Assembly (NCBI GenBank): GCA_029555085.1
Contig: JAKPTO010000041.1
Span: 1 to 23,305, forward strand
Source of the DNA: a bacterium
Lineage (GTDB): Bacteria > Patescibacteriota > Patescibacteriia > UBA1558 > S5-K13
Direction of reading: 5' to 3'
DNA: 23,305 nucleotides
Made by a program: the position numbers and the translations under genes. This document shows positions 7,838 to 16,570 of the stretch, one piece after another. Numbering within the stretch: position 1 is the first letter of the stretch; each line of letters starts with the position of its first letter. Below the pieces are notes generated by a model, which was not told where the DNA came from, searched no databases, and saw only the letters and a program-made list of their open reading frames with translations.

Positions 7838-8380
7838 TTACTTGATTCCGCTCCAGGTTATTCTTCTTTTCTTTTTACCATATGAAATGGCAAAGTACGC
7901 ATCCGATCCAATCACTTTGAAAAAATAGTGACCATAAACACACTTGGGGCTAGTTCTTGCGAGCTCAATTAAAGATTTGCAATTATGTTGTTCAGAAACA
8001 ACCAATCTAAATCCCTCTGGTGGATTCGTAATAACAGATAAAAAAATCAGCTTTTGATCTGTATTCTCATTAGCGGGATCTATTCTAATTACATATTTTT
8101 TCAGCTCGTAATCAAAATACTCCATTAACCTTGAATAACGCATATCACTCGAAAATTTTGGACAATCAAGGAAATCCCCCATGGGTTCATTAATAATATC
8201 TGCTTCATAATTATCCCCAACTGGAACAAATAATTGATACCTTTTATTTGCACCAATTGCATAATAACCAGCAAGAATATTTTGATTACCCCTGTGATAA
8301 GTCCAAGGCGATGGTAAATAATGGCATTTATCAAATTCGCTTGGGTCATTTCTTAGGTCAATGACAAATAATTTTATCAT
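7838..8380 (-). CDS. Hypothetical protein (180 aa)
   Basis: GGAGGAG SD, TTGACA-type promoter directly upstream, and a terminator downstream. Confidence 0.8.
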   Translation of the reverse strand: MIKLFVIDLRNDPSEFDKCHYLPSPWTYHRGNQNILAGYYAIGANKRYQLFVPVGDNYEADIINEPMGDFLDCPKFSSDMRYSRLMEYFDYELKKYVIRIDPANENTDQKLIFLSVITNPPEGFRLVVSEQHNCKSLIELARTSPKCVYGHYFFKVIGSDAYFAISYGKKKRRITWSGIK

Positions 8381-8596
8381 TTACTCCTCCATATTTTTAA
8401 ATTTTCATATTATAATAATCCAAATTTTAATTTTTGTCAATCACAACCTAACAACTTAATAATATTGTTTTTAGATGTTTGGGTATTTATTATCAAACAC
8501 CATAATTATATAAAAAAGTCAAGCATAAATAAAAAACACCTTATAAGTGTATAAAATCTATATAATATTTTATTTTATGCTTTTATAGTTTGTATT

Positions 8597-8671
8597 TGGT
8601 ATCCTCGCTAGGAATCGAACCCAGATTTTGTCCTTAGGACGGACCTGTTCTATCCATTGAACTACGAGGAC
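8597..8671 (-). tRNA. tRNA-Arg(CCU)
   Basis: Cloverleaf with anticodon loop GTCCTAA, GTTCGATT T-loop and CCA. Confidence 0.9.
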
Positions 8672-8734
8672 GGAATAATACTTGGTTATTTATATATAAT
8701 AGAAAACTTTAAAAAATAATTAAAACAAGTCTCT

Positions 8735-8811
8735 TGGTGGACCTAAGGAGACTCGAACTCCTGACCTTTTGCTTGCGATACAAACGCTCTAGCCAACTGA
8801 GCTATAGGCCC
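8735..8811 (-). tRNA. tRNA-Ala(CGC)
   Basis: G3:U70, TTTGT-ATCGCAA-GCAAA anticodon arm and CCA. Confidence 0.9.
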
Positions 8812-8913
8812 CTAATTTATTTATTTTTAAAATAGGTTTTAATTTTAATTTAATAACGCACCTAATTCGTAAATTCATTCATTGTTTAAAATTCATATCT
8901 CAACATTGTTTAA

Positions 8914-8990
8914 TGGTGGACCTAAGGAGGCTCGAACTCCTGACCTTTTGCATGCCATGCAAACGCTCTAGCCAACTGAGCTATAGGCCC
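8914..8990 (-). tRNA. tRNA-Ala(GGC)
   Basis: G3:U70, TTTGC-ATGGCAT-GCAAA anticodon arm with A32-U38, and CCA. Confidence 0.96.
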
Positions 8991-9051
8991 AAAACATGTC
9001 AATAAAAAAAGTATAACATCTTGCCATATAAATTCAATAGTAAATATTAAT

Positions 9052-9189
9052 TTAAATTTGAATTCCATCTAAATCAATATCAAAATCTAAAATTTCACTA
9101 TCTGCCTTCTTTAAAATGTAACTTAACTCACTTTCTGTAATATCATAAAGCGACAACAAATTGTGGTATTTTTCTAAATTTTTATTCAT
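9052..9189 (-). CDS. Possible small acidic protein (start uncertain)
   Basis: MNKNLEKYHNLLSLYDITESELSYILKKADSEILDFDIDLDGIQI looks protein-like. The upstream extension is low-complexity. Confidence 0.35.
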   Translation of the reverse strand: MNKNLEKYHNLLSLYDITESELSYILKKADSEILDFDIDLDGIQI

Positions 9190-9260
9190 AACTTTTAAAA
9201 ATTTTAATATGTGCATAAAAGTATTTGACATTATTTTTATGTTTAATATATAATGTATTA

Positions 9261-9360
9261 AGATATTTTTTGTCATCAAGAAATCTTGTATACTCTACGA
9301 GATTCGACAAGAAAATATCATTCAATTTATCTTCTCTCGCTTAGCTGATAAAGTAATTTT
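9261..9360 (+). ncRNA. Candidate small structured RNA
   Basis: TTGACA(9225)-18-TATAAT(9249) followed at once by a three-segment hairpin at 9262-9319. Confidence 0.3.
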
Positions 9361-9371
9361 TAAAAAATTTC

Positions 9372-12032
9372 TTAATTCAGGTTGGTGGGAGAAGATTTTT
9401 TTATTTTATTTTTTACAAAAAAGAAAATAATTAAAATAATCGAGGCGATAAGTATAATTATTCCTAAAAAATCCTTTTTATTATTTTTTAAATTATCCAA
9501 ATGAACTGTTGTGCTAGCAGAAGAAACTGATTCTTCTTCGGATAAAACTTGTTGAATCAAAACATCATTTTTATCTCTTATAAAAATTGCTTTTGAGTCT
9601 CCATCACGCACAACTATTCCTTTTATATAAACATTATCTGCTTTTTGCAGTTTTAAATCACCTAAATTTTGAAATTTTATTTTTAATTTATTTTCCTCAT
9701 CGCCGATGTAGAAACTCTTTTTATTCATTTTTAAAATCTGCCCCTCAATTGAAACAAATGAATTAAGAGCAGAGCTAAAAACCTCATCTATTTCCAAAAT
9801 ATTTGGATCTTCTAATTTAATGCTTTTAATTTTTTCTAATGCAGAAATATTTATTGTGGTTTTATCATCAGTTTCTTTAATTTTGCCATAAAAATTAAAA
9901 ATATCTCCTTTTTTTAATTTAACATCTTGTACTTTTAATTTTGATTCTAAACAATTTTCATAATCAACCGAGTTGTTCTCTATATCATAAACGCAAACAT
10001 ATAAAATATTTTTTTTAATTTTTCCTAATTCAGAAACAACAACTCCAAAAAAATTTGGTTCAGATTCATCTAATGATTCATCTGTGTTCATTGTTGTTAA
10101 ATCACTTTCTAGATCAAAAAAATTTTCATCATCTGGGGTTGGATCTGTCCAAAAATATTCATCATCTAAAAAACTATAAGAATAAGATTTTCCTTCTATA
10201 CTTTTATCATATTTAATACTCGCAATAATTTCTTTATTACAATCATACAATTTTAATTCTTCATTAGAATTATTTAAAGAAATTTTCGAATCTTTTTTAT
10301 ATATAGTAAGAAATGATTTGCCAAAAATTTTTTGATTTAGTTTATAAAAATAAGAACTTGTATCATTTAAACTTAAACCCGTTAAGTCAATTTCATTATC
10401 GCCTGGATTGTATAATTCTATAAATTCTCCGTCATCAGCGCCTGCAGGATTAGGAAATATTTCACTGATTATTATTTTTGACTTTGAATCAAAATTGCAT
10501 AGAGTTTGCGAAATTGAAGTCGAGCTTGAAGTCGAAGTTGGAGTTGCTATTTCCGGTAATTTCTTTATTTCTATATTTTGTAAACTCTCGGAAGAAATAT
10601 TTTCCAAATTTGTAACAACTAATTTTATTGATTTTGTGCCTACTGTATCAAATTTTGTATAAAATTGTTCTTCTCTGCTTTTTAAATAATTATTTATATA
10701 CCATTTATATGATAACTCCCCTCCTGATTCATTATAGGAATTTGCTGCAGAAAAATTTATTTCTTTTCCTACAAAAAATTCTCCATTTATATCAATTATT
10801 GCATGTGGTTTGCTAATAATCTGTTTCTGATTTTCCTCTCCTGGTGTTAAAATATTTGTCCACTCCCACGAACCGTCAAAATAAGCATATGAAATTCCCT
10901 CAGCTGGATTAGAATAAGAAACTTCAAATATTTTATTATCACGATTATCAAATAAATATAATTTATCTGCTGTATTATTTAGAGTAATAGAAGAAATATT
11001 ATAATCTAAAATTAAAAACTCTCCTGGCGATAAATTTAAATTTTCAAAATCCTTCAAAGAAAAAATATATTTCTTTCCGGATTCATCCTTAATATAAAAA
11101 TTTTCTAAATTGATCGTACTCGTTCCTATATTTTTTAACTCAATCCATTCTGTATCATCACTTCCTTCTGGATTTGGCAACAATTCATTTATTATAATCT
11201 GATTTGTATAATCAATTTCATTGTTTTCTAAAATATTTATAAATAAATTTTCTGTATCCTGTAAAAATCCGTCTGAAACCGTTAATTCTACATTATAAGT
11301 TCCTGGATTTGAAAAAGAATAACTAAAAATTTTATCAGTTGAGCTTGTAATATTTTCTATATTCCAAAAATATAAAAGATTTTCTATATTTTCGTCTGTT
11401 GAAGAGCTTGCATCAAAAACAATTAAATCCCCTATATAAAAAGTTGTTGTGCTGACATTAATCACAGCAACTGGCGCAATATTTTCTGGCGCTAAACTTG
11501 AAAAAAATCCAGGTGTTCCTCCAACAACATACGATTCTTGCCAATCATCACCATTAAACAAATTAATTCTTTCGAGTGTTTTTCCATTATTATTTGCCCC
11601 CAAAGAATTGTTATAAGATTGCTCTGTTAATAAATTAGTTTCTTGTAGAAGTTTTATTATTCCACTTGTATTATTTAAACTAAAAGATGATTCAAAAAGA
11701 GCAGAGGAATAGTCTGGATAATTGTTTAAAAAATTTGTTGCAGAATTTGTAATAACAAAAAAATTTTCTGAATTTATATCTTGTGAACCGGAAATTAAAT
11801 TTATTATGTGATTGCTTCCATTATTAAATCTAAAATCACTTGTTATGGTAATTGTAGAGCTTGTGTTATTAAAAATCTCCACCCACTCATTTCCAGCATC
11901 AGTTCCTTGTGGATCATACATAATTTCAGAAAAAATTAATCCCTGAGCATGAGATATGTTTATAAAAACAAGCAATGTAGCAAAAAATATAATAAATATT
12001 ATAAAATAAAAATTTTGTATTTCGCTTTTCAT
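9372..12032 (-). CDS. Surface protein with 3 lamin-tail domains, 2 PKD domains, OB-fold-like region and C-terminal TM anchor
   Basis: Signal peptide; SEIMYDP..EWVEI, NELLPNP..EWIEL and SEIFPNP..EFIEL repeats; FDASSS..YFW..PGTYNVELTV; hydrophobic tail followed by lysines. Start taken at MKSEIQ. Confidence 0.88.
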   Translation of the reverse strand: MKSEIQNFYFIIFIIFFATLLVFINISHAQGLIFSEIMYDPQGTDAGNEWVEIFNNTSSTITITSDFRFNNGSNHIINLISGSQDINSENFFVITNSATNFLNNYPDYSSALFESSFSLNNTSGIIKLLQETNLLTEQSYNNSLGANNNGKTLERINLFNGDDWQESYVVGGTPGFFSSLAPENIAPVAVINVSTTTFYIGDLIVFDASSSTDENIENLLYFWNIENITSSTDKIFSYSFSNPGTYNVELTVSDGFLQDTENLFINILENNEIDYTNQIIINELLPNPEGSDDTEWIELKNIGTSTINLENFYIKDESGKKYIFSLKDFENLNLSPGEFLILDYNISSITLNNTADKLYLFDNRDNKIFEVSYSNPAEGISYAYFDGSWEWTNILTPGEENQKQIISKPHAIIDINGEFFVGKEINFSAANSYNESGGELSYKWYINNYLKSREEQFYTKFDTVGTKSIKLVVTNLENISSESLQNIEIKKLPEIATPTSTSSSTSISQTLCNFDSKSKIIISEIFPNPAGADDGEFIELYNPGDNEIDLTGLSLNDTSSYFYKLNQKIFGKSFLTIYKKDSKISLNNSNEELKLYDCNKEIIASIKYDKSIEGKSYSYSFLDDEYFWTDPTPDDENFFDLESDLTTMNTDESLDESEPNFFGVVVSELGKIKKNILYVCVYDIENNSVDYENCLESKLKVQDVKLKKGDIFNFYGKIKETDDKTTINISALEKIKSIKLEDPNILEIDEVFSSALNSFVSIEGQILKMNKKSFYIGDEENKLKIKFQNLGDLKLQKADNVYIKGIVVRDGDSKAIFIRDKNDVLIQQVLSEEESVSSASTTVHLDNLKNNKKDFLGIIILIASIILIIFFFVKNKIKKSSPTNLN

Positions 12033-12108
12033 ATTATTATTTGTGCTATGGGGAAATGATCTTAATGGGTCGCCAAACTCGTAAGACCAAATCCCCATAC
12101 TTTAATAA

Positions 12109-12513
12109 CTATTCTTCATCTATATCAATTTCTTCAATGCTGGTTTCCTCTTTTACAACCGCTTTGTTGCTTTCTTCTCTTTTCTTTCCACCAAGCATTA
12201 TAAGTTCACTTACAATAATTTCTGTCTTGTAGTGCCTGACCTTATTCTTATCATCCCAGTTTCTTGTAGAAATTCTTCCTTCAACATAAATCTTGTCGCC
12301 TTTCTTTATATACTTTTCAACAATCTGCGCTAATCTTCCCCAAAAAATCAGATTATGAAAATCTACTTTGTCTTGCATCTTTTTGGTTTTGCTATCCTTG
12401 TAGGAATAATTAGTTGCTAAGACAGCAGAACAAACATCTGTGCCTGAGCTTAATTTTTTATTTACTGGATCTTTTATAAGCCTTCCAATAAATATTGCCT
12501 TGTTTACATCCAT
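12109..12513 (-). CDS. ssb: Single-stranded DNA-binding protein
   Basis: MDVNKAIFIGRLIKDP, FWGRLA and KKGDKIYVEGRISTRNW motifs. AAGGAG SD before ATG 12513; acidic tail without the terminal PF. Confidence 0.95.
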   Translation of the reverse strand: MDVNKAIFIGRLIKDPVNKKLSSGTDVCSAVLATNYSYKDSKTKKMQDKVDFHNLIFWGRLAQIVEKYIKKGDKIYVEGRISTRNWDDKNKVRHYKTEIIVSELIMLGGKKREESNKAVVKEETSIEEIDIDEE

Positions 12514-12611
12514 ACGCTTTTCTCCTTGAATCAGCAAAATTACTGATTCTTTAATTATTAAATTTTCCCCCTCTCGCTTGACAAAAGCATTTATAGTGCT
12601 AAAATCAAAAC

Positions 12612-12830
12612 GAGGCCAAATATATATCCTTGTAGATATATACAAGCTTCATAAATCGCTTTTCGCCAACTCCTCATATCGCAAGATGTGGGGTTTTGGT
12701 TTTTATACGCCTAAACTCATCACAATATAGAGGAATATGGCTATTACTTTTCACATATTCGAACTGAGCTCGAATAGTTTTCAACAAATGTAAAAGGCAC
12801 CTTAAAAATTAGACGCCTTTTGTTTTTATT
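12612..12830 (+). ncRNA. Candidate structured RNA divergent from ssb
   Basis: TTGACA(12578)-16-TAAAAT(12600) promoter with TG extension, GCAA-tetraloop hairpin with G-U pairs, and a terminator-like end. Confidence 0.35.
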
Positions 12831-13024
12831 TATGTTTTTGCTTATTTTTACTGACTTTTTTTATATTAGACGGCTCTATTTTATAGGGCGTCTAATATTC
12901 TTTATATTCATATCTTATCATATTAAAAATTGGAGTCAATATTTTACTTACCTTGATAATATAACAAGTATATGCGTTATTGAATATCAATAATGTAAAA
13001 AGTGATAACTTAAAAATGGGTCCA

Positions 13025-13062
13025 AAAATAAAATCCTCGAATTGTTTCGAGGATTTTATTTT
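13025..13062 (-). terminator. Intrinsic terminator (bidirectional type)
   Basis: 17-bp perfect IR AAAATAAAATCCTCGAA/TTCGAGGATTTTATTTT. Confidence 0.8.
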
Positions 13063-13075
13063 AAAAAACTTAGTA

Positions 13076-13669
13076 TTATTCACTAATAATTTCAAAAAAA
13101 ATAATCGTTGGGTTATTTCCATCCATTTCTATATTAAACTTCGCTTTAAACGCAATATGACCATCTTCATAATCAACAATTCCATTGTTATCATCCGCCC
13201 AAACAAACTTAGTTACATTAAACTTACCGCCCAGCACCTCCTTCTTTGGAGAAATTGTTGAAATATTATCTTTAATATAATTTTCAAAAATAATTCTTTG
13301 CTCCATTAATTTTTGACATAATTCTTTACTTGATAAATCACTCATTGCACATACTGTTGCGCTCAATTCTTTACATTCTCCCCTATACAAAACTTTTACT
13401 TTTTCACACTCTGCCTCTGCTTCTCCATAAAAATATGTTTTCCCATCCTCTCCGCAAACCGGATCTTTTATTGAAGTATCTATATCACAATCTTTTGTGC
13501 TTTTAATACATTCTTGTGTTGGCATTTGTGTTTTTGGATTTCCACGCTTTATCCATGCTCCATCCTCACAAACCCACGCACCTTCTGTTATTAAAAAAAA
13601 TTTAATCAAAAAGGCTATGAGCAATATAACAAGAAGCGCCAAACAAAAATATAAAATCATTTTTTTCAT
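13076..13669 (-). CDS. Membrane-anchored Cys-rich protein with Kazal-like domain
   Basis: N-terminal TM; C..DPVCGEDGKTY..C..YRGEC; C-terminal VLGGKF..YEDGH domain. Confidence 0.8.
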   Translation of the reverse strand: MKKMILYFCLALLVILLIAFLIKFFLITEGAWVCEDGAWIKRGNPKTQMPTQECIKSTKDCDIDTSIKDPVCGEDGKTYFYGEAEAECEKVKVLYRGECKELSATVCAMSDLSSKELCQKLMEQRIIFENYIKDNISTISPKKEVLGGKFNVTKFVWADDNNGIVDYEDGHIAFKAKFNIEMDGNNPTIIFFEIISE

Positions 13670-13692
13670 AAAATTATTTTAAAATTAAAAAA

Positions 13693-15060
13693 TTAAAACT
13701 CTCTTAAATATCCCCAGGTGTGTAATTTATCACTGTCTTCAAACCACCTATCTCCTATATCTTTTCTATAATACATATTTGGAATTAATATATTATCAAC
13801 TCGATTATATGCCTGAGCTTGCGCTTGCTTCATTGAAGGTCCAGATCCTGTAATTGTTAAAACCACGCCATTATCTCCAGCTACAACCCATTCTCCATTT
13901 AAAAGTTTTGCATCTTCTGTGTGTACTCCCTCGTAATTTTTCTTCTTAAAAATTATAATAGCTTCTTTAGAGTATAGATTAAATGTTGGAACATCGTCAA
14001 ATGGATAAGGCGGCATTATTATTCTAACTCCTACTTGAAAACCTTTTTTTGTCTTTATTTCAAATTTTTCTCCTTTTGCTAGACGATAAAAAAACTCTCC
14101 CATTGGCATTGTAATGCCCTCTTGTTGAATAAATATTGTAGGATAACCAAAACGCGTAGTAAATTCAAGTGGATAAATTCCATTTCCATTTACAATGCAG
14201 TTTATATCAATATACCCCACATAATGTTCTTCTGCTAATTTTTTCTCTAATTTTTTTAATGTTAAATTAAAAATTTTATTTGGCATAGACCAAAACATAG
14301 AAGTTCCCATTTCTCCTGTTGATGGACCAATATTTCCTGGAAATAACTTCTTGTGCTCAAAATTTACATTTATAGGATATAAAAACTCATTTCCGTTAAA
14401 AAAAGCGCCAACTGCAACCTCAACTCCGTTGACTTTTTTTTGTAACTGAAAAAATCCCATATTATGAGCTATTTTACTATACGCTTCTAAAACCTGAATT
14501 ATATCTTGACCACTTTCTTCATCGCCAACAAAAAGAAATTTTTTAATGTTTTTATATTGTTCTTGAGTATGAAAAGAATTATTTTCAAATGTCTCATCAT
14601 TATTTTGAGTATCCTTTATAACATACTTAGCGGGATTATTTTTTACAAATTCAATAGCGCTTTCACAAGAATTAAATATTTGATAGGGCAAAATTGGAAC
14701 TCCGAATTTTTTTAATTCTTCTTGACCAAAAGACCTATCATCTTCTAGCATGTCTGTGTACTTTGTTCCACCTATAACATATTTCCCTTTTTTTCTTAGT
14801 TCTTCTGCTATACTTCCTTGACCCAAAACATCATCAAAAATAATCACATCAGCCCAATCAACTTCTTTTTCCCAATTATCTATTTTAGGAACAAATCCAT
14901 CTCCAATGTCTTTTTGTGACGCTTCGGATGTAAAAAATTTTACATCATTTCCTTCATTAAAAATTATTCTTGCTATATCACAAACAAGTGCACTTATGGT
15001 AATAAATAAAAATTTTTTCTTTGAATAGGGCTCTAAACTATTGCCATTAGCATTTGTCAT
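13693..15060 (-). CDS. PurD-like (phosphoribosylamine-glycine ligase-like) ATP-grasp protein
   Basis: LEDDRSFG, EHKKLFPGNIGPSTGEMG, LEFTTRFGYP and YYRKDIG motifs. Lacks the bacterial GSGGREH N-terminus. Confidence 0.85.
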   Translation of the reverse strand: MTNANGNSLEPYSKKKFLFITISALVCDIARIIFNEGNDVKFFTSEASQKDIGDGFVPKIDNWEKEVDWADVIIFDDVLGQGSIAEELRKKGKYVIGGTKYTDMLEDDRSFGQEELKKFGVPILPYQIFNSCESAIEFVKNNPAKYVIKDTQNNDETFENNSFHTQEQYKNIKKFLFVGDEESGQDIIQVLEAYSKIAHNMGFFQLQKKVNGVEVAVGAFFNGNEFLYPINVNFEHKKLFPGNIGPSTGEMGTSMFWSMPNKIFNLTLKKLEKKLAEEHYVGYIDINCIVNGNGIYPLEFTTRFGYPTIFIQQEGITMPMGEFFYRLAKGEKFEIKTKKGFQVGVRIIMPPYPFDDVPTFNLYSKEAIIIFKKKNYEGVHTEDAKLLNGEWVVAGDNGVVLTITGSGPSMKQAQAQAYNRVDNILIPNMYYRKDIGDRWFEDSDKLHTWGYLREF

Positions 15061-15072
15061 TTCTTATTATTT

Positions 15073-15555
15073 TTAATTAAATATAATTGGTATATATACT
15101 TTCTCATCATTTTCTGGGAGTCCGGATGGATTATATCTTTCAAATACTAAAAATCCGTTTTTTGTATTTGGTTTTTCAAAATTTAAAACTGTTTCAAACT
15201 CTACAAAATCAGTCGTCATCCAATCTGTCTTTGCCTGCGCTGTCGCTACAGCAATTTCTTTATAGTTAGAATCTAATAATCTAATTGGAAAACTGGCCTC
15301 AAAAAACCACACACCGCTTGCTTTTCCATTTATATTGAGCGGACTATTTATAACCTGATTTGCACTAATGTTGTGAATTATATTTTTATTTTCTAAATCT
15401 TGATCTGTATAACTATCTATTTTATTATTATGTTGTTTGCTTGAATTTTTATAATAATTTATTATTAAATCATTTACAAAAAAATAATATAAAAAAATTG
15501 CTATTAATAGTATAATTAACCCCGGAATTAGTTTAATATAGTTTTCTTTTTTCAC
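15073..15555 (-). CDS. Gmad2-type immunoglobulin-like domain protein, membrane-anchored
   Basis: N-terminal TM; SPLNINGKASGVWFFEASFPI, DWMT and NPSGLPEN motifs; GTG start. Confidence 0.85.
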   Translation of the reverse strand: MKKENYIKLIPGLIILLIAIFLYYFFVNDLIINYYKNSSKQHNNKIDSYTDQDLENKNIIHNISANQVINSPLNINGKASGVWFFEASFPIRLLDSNYKEIAVATAQAKTDWMTTDFVEFETVLNFEKPNTKNGFLVFERYNPSGLPENDEKVYIPIIFN

Positions 15556-15675
15556 TAGTGTGTGTTGATTTGTTTATATAAACAATTATATAATATAAAC
15601 ATACATTTTTACAATCTTTTTTATAAAATCATATATAAAAATAATTACCTGAATAAGTTCAGGACAAACAAAAAT

Positions 15676-16065
15676 ATGTCTATATTAAAAGAATTTAAAA
15701 AATTTGCCGTTAGTGGAAGTGTTATGGATATGGCAGTTGGTGTAATAATTGGAGGCGCTTTTGGGAAAATCGTAACTTCTCTTGTGAATGATGTTATCAT
15801 GCCACCAATAGGAGTGTTGTTGGGAATAATAGATTTCTCAAAACTAAAAATTATACTCAAAAATTCACCCGATCCTTCTAAAATAGTTTCTCTAAATTAT
15901 GGAGCATTTTTAAACACAGTAATTGATTTTCTAATAATAGCTTTTTGTATATTCATAGCAATAAAACAAATAAACAAGCTAAAAAAAGAGGAGAAAAAAC
16001 AACCTGAAACAAAAGAAGAAATTTTATTACTCAGAGAAATTAGAGATAATTTAAAAAAGGAATAA
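15676..16065 (+). CDS. mscL: Large-conductance mechanosensitive channel
   Basis: [29 protein letters not shown] and LLREIRD motifs. True start at 15676. Confidence 0.96.
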   Translation: MSILKEFKKFAVSGSVMDMAVGVIIGGAFGKIVTSLVNDVIMPPIGVLLGIIDFSKLKIILKNSPDPSKIVSLNYGAFLNTVIDFLIIAFCIFIAIKQINKLKKEEKKQPETKEEILLLREIRDNLKKE

Positions 16066-16107
16066 TTATAAATGAAAAATTTTTTCAGTTAATATCCAAA
16101 CTCTCGA

Positions 16108-16136
16108 TTGACACAAATTAAAAGATATGATATATT
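16108..16136 (+). promoter_or_regulatory. sigma70 promoter of khpA
   Basis: TTGACA-17-TATATT with TG extension. Confidence 0.6.
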
Positions 16137-16188
16137 TATATGGATGGATAAAAATCCATAAGGCAAATTAACAATTAACTGTACGAAA

Positions 16189-16509
16189 ATGTCAGACAAA
16201 GATAAAGACTTTTTAGAAACACTTGTTAAATTCCTTGTTGACAAGCCAGAAAAAGTTTCTGTTGCAAGATCAGTCGACGAAATGGGTGTTCTTTTAACAC
16301 TTAATGTTGACCCAAGCGACATGGGACAAATAATTGGCAGACGAGGTAACACAGCAAGAGCCATAAGAGCATTGCTAAGAGTGGTTGGAGCAAGAAATAA
16401 CGCAAGAGTTAACTTGAAAATTAACCAACCAGAAGGAACTGAAAGACCTTCAAAATCTCACATGGAAGAAGACCGTGGAGATGAAAACGTAGAAGATTTG
16501 AAATTATAA
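16189..16509 (+). CDS. khpA: KH-domain RNA-binding protein KhpA
   Basis: LVDKPE..DMGQIIGRRGNTARAIR (GxxG loop), upstream of trmD. Confidence 0.92.
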   Translation: MSDKDKDFLETLVKFLVDKPEKVSVARSVDEMGVLLTLNVDPSDMGQIIGRRGNTARAIRALLRVVGARNNARVNLKINQPEGTERPSKSHMEEDRGDENVEDLKL

Positions 16510-16524
16510 TCTCAACATAAAAAC

Positions 16525-16553
16525 AAAGCCCCGTTTTCAAACGGGGTTTTGTT
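16525..16553 (+). terminator. Intrinsic terminator after khpA
   Basis: GCCCCGTTT/AAACGGGGT stem followed by a T-tail. Confidence 0.7.
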
Positions 16554-16570
16554 GTATATAATAAAAATAT

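Noticed and set aside
8735-8811. Second Ala tRNA as an attL/attR remnant of an integrated element
   Set aside because: The copy is full length with a coherent different anticodon, lies only ~100 bp away, and no integrase is present.
12514-12645. Upstream extension of ssb
   Set aside because: Homology and the SD begin at MDVNK (12513).
12892-13261. ORFs 12892-13122 (-) and 12980-13261 (+)
   Set aside because: They run through a strong terminator and overlap the Kazal gene, and their composition is that of non-coding AT-rich DNA.
15562-15675. Upstream extension of mscL
   Set aside because: Low-complexity AT-rich sequence. The family N-terminus begins at 15676.
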